This document shows, piece by piece, positions 10,163-20,550 of a stretch of 64,000 bases of DNA; the first letter of the stretch is position 1, and each line of letters begins with the position of its first letter. The position numbers and the translations under genes were made by a program. The stretch lies in the NCBI GenBank assembly GCA_963777315.1, contig CAVZQC010000004.1, forward strand, positions 192,001 through 256,000, written 5' to 3'. A model generated the notes under the pieces. That model was not told the DNA's origin. It did no database searches and saw nothing but the letters and a program-made list of their open reading frames with translations. The stretch comes from Vulcanimicrobiota bacterium (GTDB taxonomy: Bacteria; Vulcanimicrobiota; Vulcanimicrobiia; Vulcanimicrobiales; Vulcanimicrobiaceae).

Positions 10163-10477
10163 ATGACGTATGGGCCATCTGGGGCGGCTCTGCCTTCCTT
10201 ACGCACCGGAGGCAGTGTATTTTTGTTGGACGGAAACGGCCGCGTGTTCGCCTGCCCACAAGACGCCTGTGCCCAAGAGTACCCCAAGTTGCCTTTCGGA
10301 TTGCAGAGTCTGGTGGATCGACTCATCGTGCAGTCGCGTGACATCTTTACAGCGGGTGAAGCCGACTTTACCATCGATTTTCCGCTCGCCGTTCGTATTT
10401 TTTCACTAGAACCCAAGTCCAGCCCCACTATCGCCCTATACGTTCAGAGCGCGCGCCGCCGTTCCGACAATCCGTGA
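10163..10477 (+). CDS. Small protein resembling the N-terminal domain of the island LuxR regulators, without an HTH
   Basis: VFLLDGNGRV...KLPFGLQSLVDRL...LAVRIFSL...IALYVQ aligns by eye with LVVLDYDYRI...RLPTSVEAAVRAL...LMVRTSVL...IAASLE of ORF 31581. Confidence 0.6.
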   Translation: MTYGPSGAALPSLRTGGSVFLLDGNGRVFACPQDACAQEYPKLPFGLQSLVDRLIVQSRDIFTAGEADFTIDFPLAVRIFSLEPKSSPTIALYVQSARRRSDNP

Positions 10478-10520
10478 ATTGCGGACGCATACAACGTAAG
10501 GGTCAGGAGCGTTACCCGCG

Positions 10521-11837
10521 ATGCTGACACGGATCCGCGCTCGCCTGGCGCGCATCATTCCGATCGGCCGTAGCGGCGTGAATGTCGCGCAGGTCGCGAT
10601 GCTGCGGTCTGTGACCCAGGGCGTGAATCTGTGCACCGGACTGATTACGGCGGCGATGCTCGGGCCGGCGGGCCGTGGGGAACAGGCAGCGCTCATCTTG
10701 GCTCCGACGGTCCTTGCAGGACTTGCGACCCTCGGCCTGCACGCGTCGCTGATCTACAACATCAAAGCAGACGCCGAGCACGAGCGGGAATACATCGCTA
10801 TCAATTTCGTGCTCACCTTCTGCGCGGGCGTGGCAGCAATGGCGATCGGGTGGTTCCTGGAGCCGATGTGGCTCTCGAAATACAGCACCGGCATCATAGA
10901 CCTTGCGCGCGTCTTTTTGCTGCTGACGCCGCTCATGACCGCATCGTTCACGTTTATCGCCGCGCTCGAGGCCCGCGGGCGGTTTGTTTTGGCGAACCAG
11001 TATGCGTATCTTCAGGCCCTTTGCACGTTGGCCATTCTCGGCGTCTTGGCTCTGACCAAGCACTTGACTCCGGGGACGGCCGCCGGCGCGTATGCCGTTC
11101 CATGCGCGTTCAGCTTCCTGTATCTTGGTGCCGTCGTCGTGCATCAAACGCATCCGCGTTTTACGCTTCGATTGAATCTGTTCGTGCGGCTGCTCCACTA
11201 CGGCTTGCGGTTCTATGGCGTGGACTTCCTGGGCGTGACCTCGGGCTATCTCGATCAGGTCATCATTGCGGCCATCCTCCCGCCTTCGGCGTTAGGCATC
11301 TATGTGGTCGCATTGAGCCTGTCGCGCGTGCTGACAGTGTTGCCTTCGGCTGCAGAGACCGTACTGTTTCCGAAGCTTGCTGCACGCCCATTGCAGACCA
11401 TCACCGAAGCAGTCGGTGTGGCCGTGAGGGTGCTCAGCTCGATAAATGCCGTTGCCGCCGTCTGCCTGGGTTTGCTTGGGCCACACCTGCTGACGCTCTT
11501 GTACGGCGCGAAGTTTGCCGCTGCAAGCGGCCCTCTTTTTATCCTGCTTATCGCGACCGTCCCCGCGAACGCCGTCGGGCTCTTGTATCAGTCGTACTCC
11601 GGAAGCGGGCGACCCGGCATGGTGACGATTATCCATGGCATCGGATTGGCGTTTTCGTTCGGTTCGATGCTGCTGCTTGTGCCTGTGTACGGTACGGTCG
11701 GAGCGGCACTCGCATTGCTGATCGCGGCGCTCGTGCGTCTGGGTTTCGTGCTGCTGGGGATGCCGCTGATTCTGAGAGTGCGCGTGCCCCGGCTTATCGT
11801 ATCCCGCTCGGATTTTGCTTGGATGAGAGGCCGCTAA
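10521..11837 (+). CDS. wzx: Wzx-like polysaccharide flippase (MOP superfamily)
   Basis: About 12 hydrophobic segments. LGPAGRGE, LDQVIIAAILPPSALGIYVVA and LVPVYGTVGAALA. Confidence 0.88.
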   Translation: MLTRIRARLARIIPIGRSGVNVAQVAMLRSVTQGVNLCTGLITAAMLGPAGRGEQAALILAPTVLAGLATLGLHASLIYNIKADAEHEREYIAINFVLTFCAGVAAMAIGWFLEPMWLSKYSTGIIDLARVFLLLTPLMTASFTFIAALEARGRFVLANQYAYLQALCTLAILGVLALTKHLTPGTAAGAYAVPCAFSFLYLGAVVVHQTHPRFTLRLNLFVRLLHYGLRFYGVDFLGVTSGYLDQVIIAAILPPSALGIYVVALSLSRVLTVLPSAAETVLFPKLAARPLQTITEAVGVAVRVLSSINAVAAVCLGLLGPHLLTLLYGAKFAAASGPLFILLIATVPANAVGLLYQSYSGSGRPGMVTIIHGIGLAFSFGSMLLLVPVYGTVGAALALLIAALVRLGFVLLGMPLILRVRVPRLIVSRSDFAWMRGR

Positions 11838-11840
11838 ATC

Positions 11841-13133
11841 ATGGACGTCTGCATTCCGCCACCCTTGCGCACTAGTAGCAGCGAGACGGCGGACCGCTAC
11901 GGTTCCGGCGCATTTCCTTGGACGGAAGTCGATCTGGAGACTCCCGAAGTGCGAGATCGCTGGATCGTGGAGGCACTATCCCTTTGGCAAGCTTCCCACG
12001 ATCGTTACCTCGACCAGCACGTGGAATGGATGCGATTTCTCGACCGGGAAGGCGAAGCCAAGATTCTTGTTTTCGAACTGCGGAACGAGAAAGGCTTGTG
12101 CGCGTACGCAGTCGTTCAGAGATGCTTGATGACCCAGATTTGGGAGGTCAGAGGGATCGCGCTTTGCAAGCGATCCGTCAAACGGCTGAGGATCGTCCGC
12201 AGCATTGTTGCCGATATCGAATTCGGAAGCGAGAATGCGGCCCGTGCACTAGCCGACCTGATCGTGCTTTTGCACGCCGCATTCCCCGCTTTGCCGATAT
12301 CTCTCGAAGGTCTTCGGCCCGAACCGGATCAGCGGATTGCGTGCAGTGACGAACGCGTGCTCTCTGTTTTCCTTTCGTTGAAACGGCGCCCGGATCAGTT
12401 GCATCATGCCGCCGACCTGCCGAAGCCTCCCCGCGGATACCTAGACCAGTTGAGCTCCAAGGATCGGCAAAACGTCAGGCGGCATGAGCGCAGGCTCCAA
12501 GAGCATTGTGACGGTGACGTCCGACTGGTGACCTACGAGGATGAAGCAGATGTGCAGACGTTTCTGGACGCCGCGCTTCCCATTGCAAGAATGTCGTATC
12601 AATATCGCGCGTATGGCGCCGGTCTGGCCGCGCAAAACGGCGTGCTCGAAAAGTATCGGGGCATGGCACGACGGGGCTGGTGGCGAGGCAATGTGCTGTA
12701 CTGTAAAGGCGAGCCCGTAGTATTCCTCTCAGCGTGCGAGATTGACGGGACATGTTTCGGAGACGAAATCGCATACGATCCCGCTTGGGCGGTATGGGGG
12801 GTAGGAATACATGCAATGGTTAGCCGCATTGAGGAACTGGTTAACCGGCCACAGCCGCCTGACCGTTTCGACTTCGGCCCGGGCGATTACGAGTACAAAA
12901 GACGATTGGTAAATTGCAGTTGGACGGAATGCTGCTACGATCTCGTTCCTAAAAACGTGCGAACGCTGGTGCCGTTCGTTGCCATTCATGCCGCTAGCCG
13001 CGGGACGGACGCCCTCCGTGCCGCCGTCAGAAAGTTGGGCATCCTCTCACGGAAAGAGTCTGTTCGTCGCAGCGGCCAATCAGCCAGTTCGAGCAAGCCA
13101 GGTTCGTCTGCGGATCCGGATTCTCGGCAGTAA
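11841..13133 (+). CDS. GNAT-family acyltransferase, CelD/BcsL (Acetyltransf_6)-like
   Basis: YLDQLSSKDRQNVRRHERRL, AYDPAWAVWGVG and FDFGPGDYEYKRRL. Confidence 0.82.
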   Translation: MDVCIPPPLRTSSSETADRYGSGAFPWTEVDLETPEVRDRWIVEALSLWQASHDRYLDQHVEWMRFLDREGEAKILVFELRNEKGLCAYAVVQRCLMTQIWEVRGIALCKRSVKRLRIVRSIVADIEFGSENAARALADLIVLLHAAFPALPISLEGLRPEPDQRIACSDERVLSVFLSLKRRPDQLHHAADLPKPPRGYLDQLSSKDRQNVRRHERRLQEHCDGDVRLVTYEDEADVQTFLDAALPIARMSYQYRAYGAGLAAQNGVLEKYRGMARRGWWRGNVLYCKGEPVVFLSACEIDGTCFGDEIAYDPAWAVWGVGIHAMVSRIEELVNRPQPPDRFDFGPGDYEYKRRLVNCSWTECCYDLVPKNVRTLVPFVAIHAASRGTDALRAAVRKLGILSRKESVRRSGQSASSSKPGSSADPDSRQ

Positions 13134-13151
13134 GCCGCGGCCGGAATACGC

Positions 13152-14712
13152 ATGCATCAAAGTGTTCCGGGGACTGCGGTGGATACTGCGGTAAGCACCA
13201 CACGGTGGCGCATCTGTTTTTGTGGCGTAGAGCCGGCATCGCCCTTTGGTGAGCTGCTCGCCGAAGCGGTTTCTGTGCCGGCCATGATTGTCGCTGACGG
13301 CGGCGTAAGTGCTGCGAGCGGCAAGTGGCGTGGGACCGTATTGGGAACCGCGCTGCAGTGGTGGGCCGGCGGCGCTGCTCCGAGTTCTGTAACGCCAAAC
13401 GAGGACGCTGCCGATGTTTTCATCGACTTCTTCGGCACGGAACCGGCCGGCACACCGCCGGGGCGTTTGTGGCGCCTTGTGGACGGCACGGGCGAACCGA
13501 TACTGAATCCGTTTTGCTTGGTGGAAACGTGCTGCCGAGCTCCGTTCGTCGCGTCTATTTTTCTCATCGAGCGTGGAACCGTCGACCTCGGTTGGACCGT
13601 GCTGGCGGAAGCGCATGTCGGGAATTGCCGCCGATACAGGGCGTTGCTCGACCGAGTGGCCCATATTGCAGCTCATCTGGTTGGCGCGGCTTTGCGCAAA
13701 ACCCGATCTGGCGGCGAAAAGACGTTCTGCGCAACGCCGAAGACTCGCCGGCGTTCCAGCGCGAGAATCGAAGCGCAACAGCTGAGAGCCCGCCTTGCTC
13801 GAACGGCGATAGTATTGCGCGAAACGGCATTGAACGAGTATTGGGCCATCGGCGTTCTTAATGCGCCCGCAGAGTCGTTGCTCCATTCACAAGCATTGCA
13901 TTCCGACCGCTGGATTGAATCGCCATCCCGCCGAACCTACTTTGCGGATCCGTTTCCGTGCCCTGGGCGATCGGACGTCATTTTCTGCGAGCGATATGAC
14001 TACCGCACCGCCCGCGGAGCATTGCGTAAGCTCACGCTCGACGATAAAACGGTAATCGGCGAAGAGCCGGTGGATCTGCGTATCAGTGATGGCCATTTGT
14101 CATACCCATTTCCATTCCCAGAGCAGGGGCGGGTATTTTTGCTTCCGGAAATGGGTGAATTTCGAAAGCTAGTCCTCTTTGAACTGGTTGCGCAGACTGA
14201 ACTGCGCGTTGTGTGTACCGTAGAGGAGGGTGCGCGCATCGCCGATGCGACCCTCTTCCGGCATGGCGAGTTCTATTGGATCGCTTACTGCGATCAGGAT
14301 TTCGGCACGCACGACAACCTGTGTCTACTATATTCGCGGCAGCTGAGAAGGCCCGTGGACGTCACACCCACGCAATCCGGTTAAGGTCGACGTCCGCTCT
14401 TCGCGGCCGGGAGGCACGCCGTTTTGGCTAAATGGAACGCTTCTTAGACCCGCCCAAGATTGCTCCGTCACCTACGGTGGTGCTTTGGTGCTGAACCGCG
14501 TGCGCGTGTGCAATCCCACTTCTTACGAAGAGGAGCCTATCGCCGTACTCAGCCCAGATCCGCGCGGCCGCTTCCCGCACGGTTTGCATACATTGTCGAT
14601 CGACGGAAGCCGAGTCGTATTCGACGGGAAGAGGCTCTTCCTCGATCCCGGCCGGTTTTGGAAGCGCGTACGGGCGCGCATCGCTCGCCATAGTGAAAGA
14701 GCAGTCAATACT
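13152..14712 (+). pseudogene. GINT1 N-terminal-like beta-propeller protein with a +1 frameshift at ~14346
   Basis: FADPF, HLSYPF and LLPE precede the break. After removing one A (CAG CTG [A] GAA GGC CCG TGG) the frame continues GPWTSHPRNPVKVDVRSSRPGG...RPAQDCSVTYGG...HGLHTL. Confidence 0.72.
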
Positions 14713-15840
14713 ATGCGCATTCTGATGTCCATTCACCACCGGCTGGATCCGGATGCTGGGGCCCCCGGTGTTACCTGGCACCTGGCGAACGCCCTCCGAA
14801 ATCGGGGTCACACTGTTGACGTCCTGTCGTTCGAGCGTGTGCCGGGGCCCGAGCAGCTGAAGACGTACATCTATCCATGGTTCGTCGCATGGTTTATCGC
14901 AAAATACCCCCATTACGATGTTCTGGACTTATCTTCGGGAGACGGTTGGGTTTTTAGCGTTCTGGCAAAGATATGGCCGCGCAAGGCATCCCCGGCCATG
15001 GTCGCCCGCAGCCACGGTCTCGAGCACGTCGCCCATGAGGTCCGCCTCAAGGCAAACAGGGCAGGCGCTTACAAATTATCGTGGAGGTATCGAATCTACC
15101 ACGGCGGATTTCGATTATGGGAATGCGGCATGTCGTTTTCTCGGGCGCGCGCAGCGCTGTTTCTGAACGACGTCGATCTGCGGTATGCCGTAGATCACCT
15201 TACCGTCGATGCAAACCGGGCGGTCCGCGTGAGAAACGGGATCGCACAGCACTTTATCGAGAACGCGAAGTCGCTGCTGGGCGACAAGCGGCCAATCGAG
15301 GGGCCGAGAAACATTGCCTTCATCGGACGCTACACGAACATGAAGGGCAGCCGCTATCTGCGCCCGGCGATGCAATCGATTTTGCGCAAGCATAAAGATG
15401 CCGGCTTCGGATTGTTTGGGACGATGGCGAGTGTGGACGAGGTGCTCGCCGACTATCCGAGCGAACTGCGCGACCGCATCTTCGTCGCGCCGGCCTATAA
15501 GAACGAAGATCTTCCGCGTCTACTCGCGCCATACCACATCTTGGCCTTTCCTTCGCTGTCTGAAGGCTTTCCGGCTGCGCCGCTGGAGGCGATGGCGTGC
15601 GGCATCGTCCCTGTAGTGGCCGCTTCACCGGGCCCCATGTCCTACATCGAAAACGGCCATAACGGCATCGTCGTGCCGGTCGGCGACGCGAACAGATTGG
15701 AAGAAGAAATCCACAATCTATTGGAGGATGTTTCGCGCTGGAGCGACTTACGCAAGGCCGGTTTGGCGACGGCGGTACAGTATTCGTGGGATAGTGTGGC
15801 CCGCGACATGGAAAAAATATACCAGTGCGCGGCCATCTAG
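14713..15840 (+). CDS. Glycosyltransferase family 4 (in frame with the upstream propeller C-terminus)
   Basis: MRILMSIHH at the ATG at 14713. FIGRYTNMKG and PSLSEGFPAAPLEAMACG. Confidence 0.88.
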   Translation: MRILMSIHHRLDPDAGAPGVTWHLANALRNRGHTVDVLSFERVPGPEQLKTYIYPWFVAWFIAKYPHYDVLDLSSGDGWVFSVLAKIWPRKASPAMVARSHGLEHVAHEVRLKANRAGAYKLSWRYRIYHGGFRLWECGMSFSRARAALFLNDVDLRYAVDHLTVDANRAVRVRNGIAQHFIENAKSLLGDKRPIEGPRNIAFIGRYTNMKGSRYLRPAMQSILRKHKDAGFGLFGTMASVDEVLADYPSELRDRIFVAPAYKNEDLPRLLAPYHILAFPSLSEGFPAAPLEAMACGIVPVVAASPGPMSYIENGHNGIVVPVGDANRLEEEIHNLLEDVSRWSDLRKAGLATAVQYSWDSVARDMEKIYQCAAI

Positions 15841-15862
15841 TTATGCACGGCCCGTCTATCGA

Positions 15863-17215
15863 TTACGCGGAGACGTGTTCCACTTCTGTCGTTGTGGCTT
15901 TCGCGGTAGCCGCGCCGGCCCGGCCGACGCCGCAATAGAGCAGCCCCGCGCGCACGACATCTGCCGGTTCGAAGACGTTCGCCCCATCGAACAATACGTC
16001 GCCTCGCATCGCTGCGCGGACGACTGTTAGCGAGATGTTCTTGTACTGCGGCCATGCCGTCATAACGGCCACGGCATCGGCACCGCGAACGGCTTCCTCG
16101 GCGTGCGCCTTACAACTGACGTGCGTTGAAAGAACCGAACGGCGGAAGTTGTCTGAGGCCAAGGGATCGTGCGCACGTATCGTGGCGCCTTCGCCGAGAA
16201 GTGCCTCGATGAAACGCAGTGAAGGGGCACCGCGAAGGTCGTCCGTGCCGGCCTTGAAACTCAGTCCCAGCACGCAGACGCAACGCCTCCGCAGTCCGCC
16301 GAGCGCGTGGGAAAGAGCCGCGATACCCTTCTCTATTCGCCGGTCGTTTATGCGCAACGTTGCGGCCATCATTGGTGCGTCGACTCCCGCGCGTGCCGCG
16401 CTGTCGGCGAGCCCGCGCAGATCTTTGGGAAGGCAAGGGCCGCCGAAGCCCAAACCGGGCTGCAGGTATCCCCGGCCGATTCTGGCGTCCATGCCTACGG
16501 CATCAAGCACGTTGAGCACGTCGACTTGCAGCGCATCGCACAGATCGGCGACTTCGTTCGCAAATGAGACGCGCAGCGCAAGGTAAAAGTTGGAAATCGA
16601 CTTGATCAGCTCGGCTGCCTGAATGTCCGTCACGATGATCGGAGCCTCTAGTGAGGCATACACGTCCTTCAGGATTGCCGCATCTTGCGCGCACCGCGCG
16701 CCGATGACGATGCGATCCGGCTCCAAAAAGTCCGCGACGGCGGATCCTTCGCGCAAAAACTCGGGGTTCGAGACCATCGTAACTCGGACGTCGACGCGCG
16801 CAGCGGATTGAACGATGGAAAGCAGTCGTTCGTTGGTGCCCGGAGGTACGGTCGACTTGCTCACGATGCAGACGTCCGACGTTAGCGTACGGCCGATTTC
16901 CTCCGCTGCGTGAAGCGCGTCCGCCAAATCAACTGTACCATCAAATTTCTGCGGCGTTCCGACGCAAAGAAAGATCACGCTTGCGTCTGCGAGCCCATCT
17001 TCGATGGAGCTGGAGAAGGTAAGCGCTCGAGAATCGACGGCTTCAGTCACCAATTCGGCCAGCCCCGGCTCAAAAAACGGCAGCCGGCCGGCGTGCAGCG
17101 TCTGCAAGTAGAACGGACTGCGTTCGATGCACGCCACGAGGTTACCCAGATGCGCCAAACAGGCTGCAGTGACTAGCCCGACGCGCCCTGCGCCTATGAC
17201 AGCGATTTTCTTCAA
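15863..17215 (-). CDS. ugd: UDP-glucose/GDP-mannose dehydrogenase family protein
   Basis: IAVIGAGRVG, LCVGTP, KSTVPPGT, SNPEFLREGSA, GFGGPCLPKD and GLSFKAGTDDLR. TTG start after a GAGGA RBS. Confidence 0.93.
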   Translation of the reverse strand: MKKIAVIGAGRVGLVTAACLAHLGNLVACIERSPFYLQTLHAGRLPFFEPGLAELVTEAVDSRALTFSSSIEDGLADASVIFLCVGTPQKFDGTVDLADALHAAEEIGRTLTSDVCIVSKSTVPPGTNERLLSIVQSAARVDVRVTMVSNPEFLREGSAVADFLEPDRIVIGARCAQDAAILKDVYASLEAPIIVTDIQAAELIKSISNFYLALRVSFANEVADLCDALQVDVLNVLDAVGMDARIGRGYLQPGLGFGGPCLPKDLRGLADSAARAGVDAPMMAATLRINDRRIEKGIAALSHALGGLRRRCVCVLGLSFKAGTDDLRGAPSLRFIEALLGEGATIRAHDPLASDNFRRSVLSTHVSCKAHAEEAVRGADAVAVMTAWPQYKNISLTVVRAAMRGDVLFDGANVFEPADVVRAGLLYCGVGRAGAATAKATTTEVEHVSA

Positions 17216-17264
17216 CGTTGTCCTCACAGCAGCCGGAATGAGCCTGGGCACCCTGGCAACCTCG

Positions 17265-17313
17265 ATTGTAATGCTCATCGGCGATGCGGCTAAATCCCTG
17301 ATTTCAGGGATTT
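17265..17313 (-). promoter_or_regulatory. Best-matching island operator plus -10 for ugd
   Basis: AAATCCCTGA-TT-TCAGGGATTT with perfect 10-bp arms (17292-17313). Minus-strand TACAAT at 17265-17270, 23 nt from the 18-bp core. Confidence 0.75.
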
Positions 17314-17396
17314 CTCCCCATTGCAGATATTGGTACGAACCTATATATGGTCGACGAGGGCCAAATACCGGCCCCCGCCGGCCGAGGGGTTTTACT

Positions 17397-18150
17397 ATGA
17401 TCGCGTACGGTAGCGAGCTTGCGGAGCGCTTTTCCAACCCGGTAATGCGCGCCGGAGTGCGCATGCTCGGAAGCTACGATCTCGGTGCACGCGTTCGCTT
17501 TGCCGCCGTGAACCGCGCACTGCGAGCATTACCGGCTCCTGCTCGCATACTCGACGTCGGATCCGGGCTCGGACTGCTCAGTTTCGCGATGCACCGCGTT
17601 TGGCCGAGCGCGACGATCGTGGGTACCGACATCGATCCAGGCTCGTTTACAACTGGCGCGGGAAATGGCCGGGCTGCAAAAAGTCGACGACCGCGTTACC
17701 TTTGCGCGAGTCGACGAGCAACAGGCATCCTCACAATACGACGTCGTAACTTGCGTCGACGTGCTCGAGCACGTGGAAGACGACGAAGCATTTGTCGCGG
17801 CCCTGTTCGCCGCGACGCGCCCCGGCGGCCGGCTCGTGCTGCACGTGCCGGCGGCTGCGAAAAAGCGGTATCTCGCGCAGTTCCCGGAGCAGCCGGACCA
17901 CGTTCGTCCGGGATATAGCGCGGACGCACTCGTTGCGTTGTTGCGCCGCGTAGGCTTCACGGAAGCGCGGGTCCGTTTTACGTTTGGCCCGCTGGGAGCG
18001 TTCGGGTGGGAAGGCTGCGAACTCGCGCGCCAGGGCCGGCTCACCGCTCGCGTACTGTTGCCGTTCTGGTATGCCTGCGCGATAGTGGATTCACTTCACG
18101 CACCTGCGCGGGGAAACGGTGTGCTTGCGGTTGCCCGAAGGCCCGCATGA
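17397..18150 (+). pseudogene. Class I SAM-dependent methyltransferase with a +1 frameshift at ~17640
   Basis: ILDVGSGLG...GTDIDP. Removing one G (CCA [G] GCT CGT TTA CAA) gives ARLQLAREMAG...DVVTCVDVLEHVEDD...RPGGRLVLHVP. Confidence 0.82.
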
Positions 18151-19488
18151 AACGCGAAAGCTCACGGCTTCGATCAGACTACTGACGCGTAACCGAAACG
18201 TTCCATGGACGGGCCAAAGCGTTGTGACCGAGATCGAACCTTTATCCGCGAATTTCGTCACGCTTATTGAGCGCACCGATGCAGGCAAGGTCAGCATGAA
18301 CATCTTGGTGACGGGCGCATAATCCGTACGTGTGGTCTGGTTCCAGAGCTGCGTTCCGAGCCAGGGGACCAGGATGTAGGTTCCATCGGATTTTTGGAAG
18401 AGCACCTGGTGCATGGCCCCGGTGGAATCGCCCGTTAACGAGTAAGCCAGCGGAGTTCGCGGAGAGCTTCCGCTATCGGCAAAATACTCCATCAATTGGC
18501 CGATCCGCCGCCAGACGAGCTTGGGTTTGAGGCGCAGATTGATAAGGCCGTATTGAGCGCACCGCCCGCTCGGGAATTCATCGAGGAGCTCGTACGAATA
18601 CACGCGCACGCCCTTCTCGATGTGCAGCAAAAGGTCTCGGGGAAAGTAACGTTCCTGCGTAAGCTGGTCCACCGAACCGTTCTTGCAAGCGGCGGTGGTA
18701 TCGGTGTTCCAGCCGTCCGATTCCGTTCCCACGAGCGGCTCGCTGCCCACGAACGCTTTGCAGCCTGCCTGGAAGTTGGGATAGTAGTTCGCCATGCTGA
18801 GCTCGGGCGTTTGCGTGCCGTTGACTTCATCGTGAACGGCACAGTAAGTTGTGTAGTTGCCGATACGTGGATAGCTCTCGTAGGATTCCGAACTGGCCAT
18901 AGCGGGACTGAAGATCGACACCGATTGTGAACGCAGATTCCAAATGAGCGGAACCCATTTCGCGACCACATAGCGCGGGCCCAACCCGGGCGCCGTTCCC
19001 AACCACGTGCAGTCTGCCGGCTTATCGTCGCACTCGTTGGGGCCCTCGTAGGCCTCAACCGCCGTAGATGCCAATCCCAACGCGCCGGAATAACCGCCTA
19101 GGCACGTGCCGTGGCATCCCGTAGTGTCTTTCGTCCAGCCCATCCATGGGTCCGTGATGATATCGAACCTAATGCCTGCGGAGGCCAATTGGTTAAAGCG
19201 TGTCTTCCAATTCCCCGTGCAGAAAGTGCTCGCTGTTCCCCAATTACAGAAACCGTCGCGGACGTGCTTGATCCGCGACTCGAGGAGCAGCGGCGACCAA
19301 GCACGGTATTCGAGATCATAGCGGGAGCCGGCAAAGTTCAGGTGGGTGTTTACGCCGATGGAGTCGTTGAAGGCTGCAGCGGCCACCGGCTTGACCATAG
19401 ATACTCGGACGCCATTACCGGCGTGCGCGAAACACGTCGTTGCGGAAAGAGCGACACACACGATGCCGATCGCTACGGTTCTTTTCAC
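18091..19488 (-). CDS. Secreted clan GH-A-like glycoside hydrolase, paralog 1 (cleavable signal peptide)
   Basis: Signal peptide VKRTVAIGIVCVALSATTCFAHA. NDSIGVNTH, IKHVRD, EGPNEC (putative acid/base) and GTESDGWNT (putative nucleophile). Confidence 0.7.
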   Translation of the reverse strand: MKRTVAIGIVCVALSATTCFAHAGNGVRVSMVKPVAAAAFNDSIGVNTHLNFAGSRYDLEYRAWSPLLLESRIKHVRDGFCNWGTASTFCTGNWKTRFNQLASAGIRFDIITDPWMGWTKDTTGCHGTCLGGYSGALGLASTAVEAYEGPNECDDKPADCTWLGTAPGLGPRYVVAKWVPLIWNLRSQSVSIFSPAMASSESYESYPRIGNYTTYCAVHDEVNGTQTPELSMANYYPNFQAGCKAFVGSEPLVGTESDGWNTDTTAACKNGSVDQLTQERYFPRDLLLHIEKGVRVYSYELLDEFPSGRCAQYGLINLRLKPKLVWRRIGQLMEYFADSGSSPRTPLAYSLTGDSTGAMHQVLFQKSDGTYILVPWLGTQLWNQTTRTDYAPVTKMFMLTLPASVRSISVTKFADKGSISVTTLWPVHGTFRLRVSSLIEAVSFRVSCGPSGNRKHTVSPRRCVK

Positions 19489-19534
19489 TGAGTTCTCGCT
19501 ATAGCAAATAGACGCCGCGACGGGCGACGAGTCC

Positions 19535-19582
19535 ATTGTATGCTCCGCGGGGACTGCGCAGAATCCCTGAACGTTGGGATTC
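19535..19582 (-). promoter_or_regulatory. Island operator plus -10 for GH paralog 1
   Basis: GAATCCC-TGAACGTT-GGGATTC (19561-19582). Minus-strand TACAAT at 19535-19540, gap 22 nt. Confidence 0.72.
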
Positions 19583-19658
19583 GTTCGCCGCCTTCCAGGC
19601 GACCGAACCAATCGCGCGAAACCCCTTTGGTTCGGACACACGTAGGTAACCGGCGAAG

Positions 19659-20501
19659 ATGACGATTGCGGTATGCGTTGTAACTCGAAACCGCCCGGCG
19701 ATGCTCGAGCGGTGTCTTTACGCTGTCCAGCACGCGCAACGCAGGCCGGACTTGCTGCTGGTATCGGATGATTCCAGTGACGAGAGCCGGAGCGCCGCGA
19801 CCAGAGCTGTGACTACCGAGCACGCAGTGGCGTATCTAGCCGGCCCACGTCGCGGCGTTTGCGCAAACCGCAATAACTGCCTGCACCTGGCTGCGAACAG
19901 CGACGTAATCGTGTTTTTGGACGACGACACGTTGCTCGAACCGGATTTTCTTGCCAACGTTGAACGTGCTTACAGCGATATGCGGCAGAGCAAAGCTTGC
20001 AAGACGATACTGGTCGGTGTGAGATATAATGAGCACGGCAAACAAGAACTGCCCTCGCGGCTCAATTTTCGCGGGTATTTCGAACCTGCCGAGAACCCGC
20101 ACGTCGCAGGAGCCAGTTACTCAGCGTACCCAACGGCCTTCTTTGCCGGCGAGAAGTGGGACGAAAATATCTACTATGGTTATGAGGACGCCGAGCTGAG
20201 CCTGCGCGCCCTTGAACGAGGGTACGAGCTCAAGTTTAGCCCGAACCTCAAGGCCCTTGATATTGGAAGAGAAGGCTCATTGGATATTTCACTTCAGTCG
20301 GAAAGAGTTCTTTTGGAAAGCGCTCGCCTCTATGTCGGGGTAAAGCGATACTTACGCATTAGCCGCGACCTGCCGCGTCTCGCCGGTTTTGTAATACTTT
20401 ACGTGACGCACCTCGCCGCACACCTATTGCGCACACGCGCATTGAGCCAATTTCCAGCGATCGTCAGGGCCGCGAAGCTCGAAACGTTGCTGAAGCAATA
20501 A
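19659..20501 (+). CDS. Glycosyltransferase family 2
   Basis: VVTRNRP, VSDDSSD, VFLDDD and YGYEDAELSLR. Confidence 0.92.
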   Translation: MTIAVCVVTRNRPAMLERCLYAVQHAQRRPDLLLVSDDSSDESRSAATRAVTTEHAVAYLAGPRRGVCANRNNCLHLAANSDVIVFLDDDTLLEPDFLANVERAYSDMRQSKACKTILVGVRYNEHGKQELPSRLNFRGYFEPAENPHVAGASYSAYPTAFFAGEKWDENIYYGYEDAELSLRALERGYELKFSPNLKALDIGREGSLDISLQSERVLLESARLYVGVKRYLRISRDLPRLAGFVILYVTHLAAHLLRTRALSQFPAIVRAAKLETLLKQ

Positions 20502-20550
20502 TAACGGCGTTGCTGACCGCGCTCGCGGTCGTTGATGCCTTACGATAATG

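Noticed and set aside
10631..11875. 414-aa ORF overlapping wzx
   Set aside because: Alternative-frame artefact with no motifs.
3570..17645. Programmed frameshifting or phase variation at the three breaks
   Set aside because: No slippery heptamer or long homopolymer at any of the sites.
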